NCBI RefSeq assembly: GCF_026571515.1 | Contig: NW_026857949.1 | Span: forward strand, 1 to 64,000 | Source: Ruditapes philippinarum | Taxonomy: Eukaryota | DNA length: 64,000 bases | Direction: 5' to 3' | In this document: one piece after another, positions 26,952 to 38,457 of the stretch | Numbering within the stretch: position 1 is the stretch's first letter | How the letters are laid out: each line of letters begins with the position of its first letter | Program-made: the position numbers and the translations under genes | Notes under the pieces: model-generated | What the model saw: only the letters and a program-made list of their open reading frames with translations | Told to the model about the DNA's origin: nothing | Databases searched by the model: none

Positions 26952-29900
26952 ATGTCGAATCAGGGAATTATTTATGATGCAATAGTGGTGGGAGCGGGGA
27001 TTGAGGGCTCGTCAACGGCGTACCACCTTGCCAAGAGTGGTAAAAAGACATTACTTCTTGAACAGGTATTTATCTGTTTATAATACAATAAATAAACTAA
27101 TAATAACAAAATGTTACACCTTATATCATGTACTAAATGATTTTAACAACACGGAGGTTAAACGTTATAATTTAATATTCAGGTGAAAGTCATGTATATA
27201 CAAGTGTGCATGAATCAAATAATCAATTCGAAAGTGTCAACGGTTTATATAAACACATTTATTATTATCGGTGGAGAAATTTTGCATACGTATACACAAC
27301 ATGTCAATAAATCTTGATTTTGGAAAATAAATGGATTCTAAATTTCGTCAATTCGGTTTGATTTGTTGCAAATAAAATAAATAAAGCGTAAATAACAAAC
27401 GCTCACCTTCCTTAATAATTGAAGAACATTACAACGATTTTCACAATTGGCATAAAGAACTTTTCGTAAATCTCTTGCTCAATGGTTTATAAATTAAAGG
27501 CCCATAATGTCCAAGACATGCTTTTATTTTTATTTCTCAAACATTTTACATTTTAGTGTCCTGTTATAGTTTTAAAAAATACTCATATTGGCCGGTTAAA
27601 AATACTCATATTGGCCGGTTAAAAATACTCATTGGCCGGTTAAAAATACTCATTGGCCGGTTAAAAATACTCATTAGCCGGTTAAAAATACTCATATTGG
27701 CCGGTTATTTTAACCATATTTTGCTTCATATTTTGCTTCTGTTTTAGTACAGTACTTAACAATGATTTGAGCCGCGTCACGACAAAACCAACATAATGGG
27801 TTTGCGACCAGCATGGATCCAGACCAGCCTGCGCATCGGCGCACTCTGATCAGGATCCATGCTTACATGACCGCTTACAGACCCTATAACAAGTCAAGAA
27901 ACTGATAGCGAACAGCATGGATCCTGACCAGACTGCGCGGATGCGCAGGCTGGTCTGGATCCATGCTGGTCGCAAACCCATTATGTTGGTTTCGTCATGA
28001 CGCGGCTCATTTAGTATTTCGTATAAAAGTCAAAATTCTACCTTGTTTACATTGTCCTACGTTTATGACATTCATCGTTACATTCTTCAGGCGGTTATCT
28101 TAACCATTATTTAAACGATACTCATATACTACCTGAATGCTTTCAGATCAAAATAATTGATTAAGATATTGTACCAAACCATAGGAAGCCCCACCCCCCT
28201 TAATTGTACCATACGAACGCCTTTATTCCGTTTTCAGTTCCCATTACCACACAGTAGGGGAAGTTCCCATGGACAGTCCCGGATCACGAGGAAGGCGTAC
28301 GGGCCTCAGGAACACTACACGATTATGATGGAAGAGTCGTACAGACTAACGGACGTACTAGAATCAGAATGCGGGGAACAACTCTTCATGCAAGTATTGT
28401 TTATTGATTTGCTTATCATTATATCATTCATTCGTCCGTTCGACCATCATTCCGTTCGTTCATTCGTTCGGTCGTTCACCCATTTACTAAACAGATTTGA
28501 AACAACCGCATACTTATATTAAGTTGTTGTTTTTTTAATAGAAACTGCGGCTGTCTTGCTTTCGGTCCAAAAGATCACCCTTTTGTTTCCGGTGCAGTGG
28601 AGGCTTTGTCACGTCACGGTGCCCCGCATGATGTTTTCAACGTTGAGGAGCAACGCAGAAGATATCCGTATTTGGCGTTACCGAGTGATTTTAAAGTTGT
28701 TCTTGACAAAACAGGAGGACTTCTTAGAGCTGATAAAATTTTGCAAGCGTTTCAGGTAAATATTAAATAATGTAAAATACATTTTTTAAAAACGTTTTGA
28801 TGACAAACCCGTGCGTGATGAAGTTGTCTGCACGAAGTTCCGGTTAGTGCTAGATCTATACACATTTAGCTTCCTCAACAATAATAGGAATAAAATCAGA
28901 AGTAACAGAAACTTATGGAGCTTTATATAAAAGTTTTGAGCATTGTACAAAGTACATGAACATCATATTACAAAATATTATCCTTCAAGTATTTCAAATA
29001 TAAATCAGGTACGCAGTAGTCAAATTAATGGTAGTAAAGTAAAGGGTATTTTTACTCCTTGATTTGAGCCGTGTCACGACAAAACCAACATAATGGGTTT
29101 GCGACCAGCATGGATCCAGACCAGCCTGCGCATCCGCGCAGTCTGATCAGGATACATGCCGTTCGCTATCAGTTTCTCTACTTGTAATAGAGTTGGAAAG
29201 CGAACAGCATGGATCCTGATCAGACTGCGCGGATGCGCAGGCTGGTCTGGATCCATGCTGGTCGCAAACCCATTATGTTGGTTTTGTCGTGACACGGCTC
29301 ATTTATAATCGTGCAAACGCATATAAACCGGTCGGAAGCCGCACATATTCAGATGACATCTAGTTTGGTCCAGATGTTATCTCAATTTATCTGTTCTAGA
29401 TCTGTAACCTTTTTTGTGCTAAATATCTTACATGAACCCGCTCACCTTTCATTCTGGACAAGACCATTCTTTATTTGAAGTGAAAATTTCAAAACATATA
29501 CAGACTAAATAGTGAACAGTGCAGACCATGATCCGACTGCACAGATGTGCCGTTTGATGTTGATCTGTACTGAGACAATGATAAGGGTAGAATCAGTTGC
29601 TGGGACTGTTTTTCTTGAGCACAATTTCAAAACTAATTGTCCTAGAAATGAAATTTTATGAAACACATGTGTTTGTAAAAATGTTCTTTACACAATAAAC
29701 AAGTGTCTTTATCTTACTTTAAAGTTATAAAAGCCCACAGATAAAGAGGTAATTTCATATCGCACGTAGAATATCATTGTTTTATTTATATAGAACATAC
29801 ATGTGTAATGTTTGACAAACATACTTGGATCAATAATTTACTAAGTCGTTGTTAATACCTAAATATTTCATACTGCAACAGTTTTCATTAACTATGTTAA

Positions 29901-32900
29901 ATACTGGAAAAAAATCTCCCGAGTTATATTGCTTAATTTCATATTAATTTATATTTCCAATGCGATGTACTGTATTCAGATTTATTATGTACTAGTAAGT
30001 AGTAACTGCTATGTGTAATTAGTAATTTAATTCTGCAGAGTATTCGCAAGAAATTTAGAGCGTCAATGGAAAGCACTTTCATTAAAACATTAACATTAAC
30101 ATTACCCCCTCCCCACCCATTCCACAGGAGTTAACTGTATATAAAGCATCATTTTAAAATGTTAATATCGTTTTTGTACAGAAACAGTTTCAACGTTTTG
30201 GTGGCACTTTACTTGACGGGGAACCTATGTTAGACCTTTATCCTGGGGATATAGTATCAATTAAGACCACAAAAGGAGTTCATAGGGCAAGAAGTGTTGT
30301 GCTGGCCCTTGGTGCATGGGCAGCTAAGTTCTTGCCTCGCATTGGAGTCAATGTGCCTTTGGAGGTAAATCTTATTAAATTGTTTTTTTTAACTGTTGAA
30401 TAATTTTCTATTCTGCATTAATAGAAACAATATTCAACAATAAGTTGTGGAGAAGGGAATAGCAAATACATTTTTGTAAATCCTCGGTATTGGCTATGAA
30501 AAAGAAAAGAAAAAAGGCCAAAACAACAATATCAACAACAACAACAACAACAACAACAGAGATATGACATTTTCAGATAAGAAAACTTTGGTGTTAAGTA
30601 ACTAAGGTACATGACTTTCTAGGGCAGTTATTTTAGCAATTTTAAATGAGATTTTCTACATTGGAGGATGAGCAATCTGCTTTTCTAATTTTAGTGCATG
30701 TTTAACATGTTAAATATTTTACTCATTTAAACTAGTGAAAAAAATGGAGCTATTATGATCACTGCGGCGTCGTTGTTTTCATCGCACAAAGAAACTTTAA
30801 TGGAGCTCATTACTTAAACAGTTTTGAAGTTTTGAAACTTGGTATGCTTGCTTAGCATGACAATGTGCAGTTGTTAGACATAAGGCATTCTTTTGAAAGC
30901 TATGCCCCTTTTTAATTTAGAATATTTGTCAGAAGTGGTTTTTTCAACAAACGAGCGTTAACACCGCATACAGTGCTCTTGCTTGTATGATATTTTGAAC
31001 TCGGTTTACAACTTAATTTTAGTTATCGGAGTAAATCAATCAACATATTTATTTATAGCCATTGAAGATAACAGTGTGTTATTGGGAGGAAAAGAATGGA
31101 AAACATTTCAGTATTGAGAATTTTCCGACTTTTATGTCCGAATCCGGTACCGGTAATAACACCATTTATGGTCTCCCATCTGAAGAGTACCCAGGCCTTG
31201 TCAAGGTATAAACATCTATTTAATTTCAATTCATCGTTATTATTCATGATGTTAAACAGTGACACAGAAATATGTCCAGTTTCATCAATTTCAGTTGAAA
31301 ACATCTTAATACATGTCCTTTCATTGTATGTTTATGGAAAACTTAAAGAATTGCAATTGACCACTAGAGTCATAACTCCCACTAGATGTTAATATCATAG
31401 ACCCAACAACTGGATATTTATGTCATAGCTCCCCCCACCCCCCACCCCCTGTTTTAAAAACTATAGGAATGTTCTATCGTCATTATTATTTGTACTTAAA
31501 AAAATAACAAAAACTGCACTATGAAAAAAAACTCTTTGGTGTGAGGTGACAAGTCCCTTTTTTTTACTAAAAATCGGGCAACTTTTCGCTTAAAATGCCT
31601 ATATATCTACGCGAACAAAGCATTGATATATATATTTTTCAGATATGCCTTCATCACGGTCCTGCTATTGATCCGGATAATAGGGACGGTGTAGATAATC
31701 AATGGGTTTTAGACACAATAAAGATGATTGTTCATACACACTTCCCAACATTGGAAAAAGAACCAAGAATTGTTGAAACATGTATATACACGGTAAAGTG
31801 TTTTTGTTTGACACAAATTTTTGTCTATACAACATGTGGTAAATAAGGGTAGAAATTTTGATGAAGTTAGCACAATAAGCTGGGTTTTTATTTATTCATA
31901 TGACTTGGGAAGACCATCTGTCCAATCGCGGAAGATTTTTACGTCATCCAATGTTGGATGGTGCATTGTGAATCATTTAAACTAGTATGTTATAAAATCA
32001 TTATGTAAAGGATGATTTGAGCGAATAACTAAGAAAGCAATTTGACAATTAGTGTTTCATAAGTCACCAAGGAGTATCATCAGCAATATTACTCTCATCT
32101 CTCCCATCAAAACCTAATTCAGCTTCCGGAAAACATTTTCCCCGACATGTCCGATATCTCCAGTAAGCTTCCCCTTTTCAAACCTTTCAAAACCAGCAAA
32201 CGGTTTAGCATGTTTGCCGTTTATTTTGCAAATAGGCCATCTGAGTTGTTCTTTGAGTTCGTTATAAACAAATTAACTGGATTCCTAAACAAGTGCCCCA
32301 ATGATAATTCTTATGAATTGTAGGTAGTACTAAATACATGTATTTATAAATATTTTATAATCTTATGCAAATATATTTTTCAAAATGATGAATCATTTTC
32401 TGAATCATTTTCCAGAATACACCGGACAAAGATTTCATTCTTGACCTTCACCCGTCTTGGAAAAATGTCGTCATCGCAGCTGGGTTTTCAGGTATTTGTC
32501 TTCAAAAATGACATTAATGGTCATACCAAGTAAACGAATTTCAAAGACGACCTCATCATATTAGAAGAGATTGTCAACAGTTTTTTTTCTTCTAAACTTT
32601 GAAACCGTCACTTCTGTTAAGATACTTTTAAGAGTTATCTCCCTTTGTGATTGTGGCGAGACGAAACCAAAAATCTTTCATATATTGCATAGAGGTTATA
32701 TGCAGAATTAAAGTAACCCTCTTGAGGTCCATAAAATAACCTGAAATTTTGCACACAAATAGACCTACATAAAATTGTACACAAATCTAGAAAAATATCC
32801 AATCCTGTTATGTCAGTGGGGTTTCTTTAGGTAATTTCTTATATTTATTTGGATTTTTACGGCGCACCGACACAATATACGTCATATGGTGCCGGAACAG

Positions 32901-35900
32901 GAAATAGGTTTTGCTTCACCTCTAAAGCAACAAACCACCTCACCGAGATGCATAAACTAGTAATACGAACCCATTTAGGCGCCTCTTGCGACCACGGAAA
33001 GACGAATAGTAGTGGCTGCAATTGTGAAAGCCAACCCTCAGCCACAAGGAAGATTTCTGATGCAACAGGAGAAAGAATATTGAATTTGTTTTTGAAATTG
33101 AATATTGAAAATGTTTCTTTTTAAAAGTTTCTAATTTGAAACAACTTCAAATCAGACTTCAGGTGTAAAACAATTTTTTTCTGTGTTTCTGTAAAGTCAT
33201 AGAAAAATATACACATATATATAACTCTATGTTAGTAAATTTATCATAGAATGAACGCGGCATAAGTACGGAAGCGTCCTGGTGCCAATTCATAATGTTC
33301 TTTAAAGAAATAGGAGATAAAAAAGCCTAATAAGGAGTATATAACTCCTACGTAGGACTTATATAATAACAAGAATAAGAGATATAAAGTCCAACGTAGG
33401 AGTTTAAAAGTCCTACGTAGGAGTTATAAACTCCTAATTAGACTTTTTTTATCTCATACGTAGGAATTATAAAGTCCTACGTAGGACTTATAAACTCCTA
33501 CGTAGGAGTTATAAAAAACCTACGTAGGACTTTATAAGTCCTACGTAGGAGTTACAAACTCCTAATTCTCCTACGTAGGAGTTTATTTTTAGCTCACCTG
33601 ACCACGAAGTGGTCATGGTGAGGTATAGTGATGGGGCTATGTCCGGCGTCCGTCGTCGTGCGTTGTGCGTCGTGCGTTGTGCGTCGTTCGTCGTCAACAA
33701 TTGGGTTGTTAACAGTCTAGCAGTCACAGTTTTGATTGGATCATCATCAAACTTTGTCAGAATGTTTGTCTCAATGAAATACAGATCGAGTTCGAAGATG
33801 GGTTATCTCGGGTCAAAAACTAGGTCACAGGAGCTAAAAATAGAAAAAAGCTTGTTAACACTCTAGAGGCTGCAGTTTTCATCCAAATATTCTGGAAATT
33901 TGTCAGGAAGGTTGTTTTGATGATATCTAGGTCAAGTTCGAAGATGGGTCATCTCTGGTCAAAAACTAGGTCACGAGCTAAAAATAGAAAAAGCTTGTTA
34001 ACACTCTAACAATTGGGTTGTTAACAGTCTAGCAGTCACAGTTTTGATTGGATCATCATCAAACTTTGTCAGAATGTTTGTCTCAATGAAATACAGATCG
34101 AGTTCGAAGATGGGTTATCTCGGGTCAAAAACTAGGTCACAGGAGCTAAAAATAGAAAAAGCTTGTTAACACTCTAGAGGCTGCAGTTTTCATCCAAATA
34201 TTCTGGAAATTTGTCAGGAAGGTTGTTTTGATGATATCTAGGTCAAGTTCGAAGATGGGTCATCTCTGGTCAAAAACTAGGTCACGAGCTAAAAATAGAA
34301 AAAGCTTGTTAACACTCTAATAATTGGGTTGTTAACAGTCTAGCAGTCACAGTTTTGATTGGATCATCATCAAACTTTGTCAGAATGTTTGTCTCAATGA
34401 AATACAGATCGAGTTCGAAGATGGGTTATCTCGGGTCAAAAACTAGGTCACAGGAGCTAAAAATAGAAAAAGCTTGTTAACACTCTAGAGGCTGCAGTTT
34501 CATACAAATATTCTGGAAATTTGTCAGGAAGGTTGTTTTAATGATTTCTAGGTCAAGTTCGAAGATGGGTCATCTCCGGTCAAAAACTAGGTCACAGGAG
34601 CTAAAAATAGAAAAAGCTTGTTAACACTCTAGTGGCTGCAGTTTTCATCCAAATATTTTGGAAATTTGTCAGGAAGGTTGTTTGATGATATCTAGGTCAA
34701 GTTCGAAGATGGGTCATCTCCGGTCAAAAACTAGGTCACAGGAGCTAAAAATAGAAAAAGCTTGTTAACACTCTAGTGGCCGCAGTTTTCATCCAAATAT
34801 TCTGGAAATTTGTCAGGAAAGTTGTTTTGATGGTTTCTAGGTCAAGTTCAAAGATGGGTCATCTCCGGTCAAAAACTAGGTCACAGGAGCTAAAAATAGA
34901 AAAAGCTTGTTAACACTCTATAGGCTGCAGTTTTCATCCAAATATTCTGGAAATTTGTCAGGAAGGTTGTTTAGATGATATCTAGGTCAAGTTTGAAGAT
35001 GGATCATGTCTGGTCAAAAACTAGGTCACAGGAGCTAAAAATAGAAAAAGCTTGTTAACACTCTAGTGGCTGCAATTTTCATCCAAATATTTTGGAAATT
35101 TGTCAGGAAGGTTGTTTTGATTTTATCTAGGTCAAGTTCGAAGATGGGTCATGTCTGGTCAAAAACTAGGTCACAGGAGCTAAAAATAGAAAAAGCTTGT
35201 TAACACTCTAGTGGCTGCAATTTTCATCCAAATATTTTGGAAATTTGTCAGGAAGGTTGTTTTGATTTTATCTAGGTCAAGTTCGAAGATGGGTCATGTC
35301 TGGTCAAAAACTAGGTCACAGGAGCTAAAAATAGAAAAAGCTTGTTAACACTCTATAGGCTGCAGTTTTCATCCAAATATTCTGGAAATTTGTCAGGAAG
35401 GTTGTTTAGATGATATCTAGGTCAAGTTTAAAGATGGATCATGTCTGGTCAAAAACTAGGTCACAGAAGCTAAAAATAGAAAAAGCTTGTTAACACTCTA
35501 GTGGCTGCAGTTTTCATCCAAATATTCTGGAAATTTGTCAGGAAGGTTGCTTAGATAATATCTAGGTCAAGTTGGAAGATGGGTCATCTCCAGTCAAAAA
35601 CTAGGTCACAGGAGCTAAAAATAGAAAAAGTTTGTTAACACTCTAGTGGCTGCAGTTTTCATCCAAATATTCTGGAAATTTGTCAGGAAGGTTGTTTTGA
35701 TGATATCTAGGTCAAGTTGGAAGATGGGTAATGTCCGGTCAAAAACTAGGTCACAGGAGCTAAAAATAGAAAAAGCTTGTTAACACTCTAGTGGCTGCAG
35801 TTCTCATCCAAATATTCTGGAAATTTGTCAGGAAGGTTGTTTTGATGATATCTAGGTCAAGTTGGAAGATGGGTCATGTCCGTTCAAAAACTAGGTCACA

Positions 35901-38457
35901 GGTGCTAAAAATAGAAAAAGCTTGTTAACACTCTAGTGGCTGCAGTTTTCATCCAAATATTTTGGAAATTTGTCAGGAAGGTTGTTTTGATGATTTTCAG
36001 GTCAAGTTCGAAAGATGGGTTATCACCGGTCAAAAACTAGGTCACAGGAGCTAAAAATAGAAAAAGCTTGTTAACACTCTAGTGGCTGCAGTTTTGATTA
36101 AAATATTCTGGAAATTTGTCAGGAAGGTTGTTTTAATGATTTCTAGGTCAAGTTCGAAGATGGGTCATGTCTGGTCAAAAACTAGGTCACAGGAGCTAAA
36201 AATAGAAAAAGCTTGTTAACACTCTAATGGTTGCAGTTTTCATCCAAACATTCTGGAAATTTGTCAGAAAGGTTGTTTTGATGATTTCTAGGTCAAGTTC
36301 GAAGATGGGTCATGTCTGGTCAAAAACTAGGTCACAGGAGCTAAAAATAGAAAAAGCTTGTTAACACTCTATAGGCTGCAGTTTTCATCCAAATATTCTG
36401 GAAATTTGTCAGGAAGGTTGTTTAGATGATATCTAGGTCAAGTTTAAAGATGGATCATGTCTGGTCAAAAACTAGGTCACAGAAGCTAAAAATAGAAAAA
36501 GCTTGTTAACACTCTAGTGGCTGCAGTTTTCATCCAAATATTCTGGAAATTTGTCAGGAAGGTTGCTTAGATAATATCTAGGTCAAGTTCGAAGATGGGT
36601 CATCTCTGGTCAAAAACTAGGTCACAGGAGCTAAAAATAGAAAAAGTTTGTTAACACTCTAGTGGCTGCAGTTTTCATCCAAATATTCTGGAAATTTGTC
36701 AGGAAGGTTGTTTTGATGATATCTAGGTCAAGTTGGAAGATGGGTAATGTCCGGTCAAAAACTAGGTCACAGGAGCTAAAAATAGAAAAAGCTTGTTAAC
36801 ACTCTAGTGGCTGCAGTTCTCATCCAAATATTCTGGAAATTTGTCAGGAAGGTTGTTTTGATGATATCTAGGTCAAGTTGGAAGATGGGTCATGTCCGGT
36901 CAAAAACTAGGTCACAGGTGCTAAAAATAGAAAAAGCTTGTTAACACTCTAGTGGCTGCAGTTTTCATCCAAAATATTTTGGAAATTTGTCAGGAAGGTT
37001 TTTTTGATGATTTTCAGGTCAAGTTCGAAGATGGGTTATCACCGGTCAAAAACTAGGTCACAGGAGCTAAAAAATAGAAAAAGCTTGTTAACACTCTAGT
37101 GGCTGCAGTTTTGATTAAAATATTCTGGAAATTTGTCAGGAAGGTTGTTTTAATGATTTCTAGGTCAAGTTCGAAGATGGGTCATGTCTGGTCAAAAACT
37201 AGGTCACAGGAGCTAAAAATAGAAAAAGCTTGTTAACACTCTAATGGTTGCAGTTTTCATCCAAACATTCTGGAAATTTGTCAGAAAGGTTGTTTTGATG
37301 ATTTCTAGGTCAAGTTCGAAGATGGGTCATCTCAGGTCAAAAACCAGGTTACAGGAGCTAAAAATAGAAAAATCTTGTTAACACTCTAGTGGCTGCATTT
37401 TTTATCCAAATATTCTGGAAAGTTGTCAAGGTTGTTTTGATGTTCGAAGATAAGTCATCTTCGGTCAAAAACTAGGTCACAGTAGCTAAAAATAGAAAAG
37501 CTTGTTAACACTCGAGTGGCTGCAGTTTTGATCCAAATATTCTTGAAATTTGTCAGGAAGGTTGTTTTGATGATATCTAGGTCAAGTTCGAAGATGGGTT
37601 ATCTCCGGTCAAAAACTAGGTCACAGGAGCTAAACATAGAAAAAGCTTGTTAACACTCTAGTGGCTGCAGTATTGATTCAAATATTCTGGAAATTTGTCA
37701 GGAAGGTTGTTTTGATGATTTCTAGGTCAAGTTCGAAGATGGGCCATCTCAGGTCAAAAACTAGGTCACAGGAGTTAAAAATAGAAAAAGCTTGTTTACA
37801 CTCTAGTGGCTGCAGTTTTTATTCAAATATTCAGGAAATTTGTCAAGAATGTTGTTTTGATGTTTTCTGGGTCAAGTGCTAAGATTGGTCATGTCTGGTC
37901 AAAAACTAGGTCACAGGAGCTAAAAATAGAAAAATCTTTTTAACACTCTAGTGGCTGCAGTTTTGATCCAAATTTCCTGGAAATTGGTCAGGAAGGTTGT
38001 TTTGATGATTTCTAGGTCAAGTTTGAATATGGGTCGTGTCCAGTCAGAAATTAGGTCACATTGCCCAAATATGGAAAAATCTTTATGACACACTAGAGGT
38101 CACATGTTTGACTCAGTTGCATCAAACTTGGTCATGATGCTTGTTTAAGACATTGCTTGGATGCGGTTGTGTCAGGTGAGCGATCCAGGGCCATCATGGC
38201 CCTCTTGTTTATAGAACATTATGAATTGGCACCAGGACGCTTCCGTATTACATAAACGATTGTACTTATCAACTGTCAAACAAACATCAAAATAGAAGCA
38301 ATAACTTTAACAACCTTTTGTATTTCATTTTGTAGGTCACGGGTTCAAACTTGCTCCAGTGGTTGGCAAGGTTCTGTCACAGCTTGCAACCGGCCAGAAA
38401 CCAGCGTACGATATGTCACATTTTAAGATTGATAGATTCTTCAAAAATAAGCTGTAA
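26952..38457 (+). CDS. PIPOX: Peroxisomal sarcosine oxidase / L-pipecolate oxidase-like, paralogue 2 (8 exons, 385 aa)
   Basis: Exons 26952-27065 ([28 protein letters not shown]), 28238-28389 (GC donor), 28542-28755, 30182-30364, 31059-31205, 31643-31792 (ETCIYT), 32416-32491, 38336-38457 ([11 protein letters not shown]...KNKL*). Total 1158 nt, open frame. Confidence 0.93.
27575..27707. repeat. Minisatellite, ~6 copies of 21-23 bp AAAAATACTCAT(AT)TGGCCGGTT
   Basis: Direct tandem repeats in PIPOX-2 intron 1. Confidence 0.85.
27769..28008. mobile_element. Palindromic MITE (GAG...CTC termini, ATTT TSD; Sola-like)
   Basis: attt|GAGCCGCGTCACGACAAAACC...GACGCGGCTC|attt, with ~95-bp inverted arms. 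Confidence 0.85.
29066..29300. mobile_element. Same palindromic MITE family, opposite orientation to 27769-28008
   Basis: attt|GAGCCGTGTCACGAC...GTCGTGACACGGCTC|attt. The central spacer is reverse-complementary to that of the first copy. Confidence 0.85.
30730..30985 (+). mobile_element. Degenerate HINE-like repeat fragment
   Basis: gagctattatgatcac...ggcgtcgt microsatellite-like start, gaaacttgg core, and cgagcg...ctcttg-type end. Confidence 0.35.
32845..33047 (-). mobile_element. SINE remnant
   Basis: Tail (ttttacggcgcaccgacacaatatacgtcatatgg) resembles the other SINE copies. Head is degraded. Confidence 0.4.
33591..38210 (+). mobile_element. Helentron-associated (HINE/DINE-1/pearl-like) element carrying a 145-bp satellite array
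   Basis: T-run, then 5' subTIR AGCTCACCTG with hairpin, (CGT)-rich microsatellite, tandem array, 3' subTIR CAGGTGAGCG, hairpin AGGGCCATCATGGCCCT and CTTGTTT. Confidence 0.85.
33696..38100 (+). repeat. Tandem array of ~30 x 145-bp monomers with higher-order structure
   Basis: GTTAACACTCTAG recurs at 34764, 34909, 35054, 35199 (145-bp period). Confidence 0.92.

Larger units (their letters stand above)
33269..38245. mobile_element. TA-target MITE with CGGAA termini and internal ~21-bp palindromic subrepeats, interrupted by a HINE
   Basis: TA|CGGAAGCGTCCTGGTGCCAATTCATAATGTTCT...AGAACATTATGAATTGGCACCAGGACGCTTCCG|TA. Internal repeats CCTACGTAGG(A/G)TTATAAA at 33330-33585. Confidence 0.85.

Noticed and set aside
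33696-38100. CRISPR-like regular repeats
   Set aside because: Contiguous 145-bp monomers with no unique spacers, no cas genes, eukaryotic context and HINE termini.
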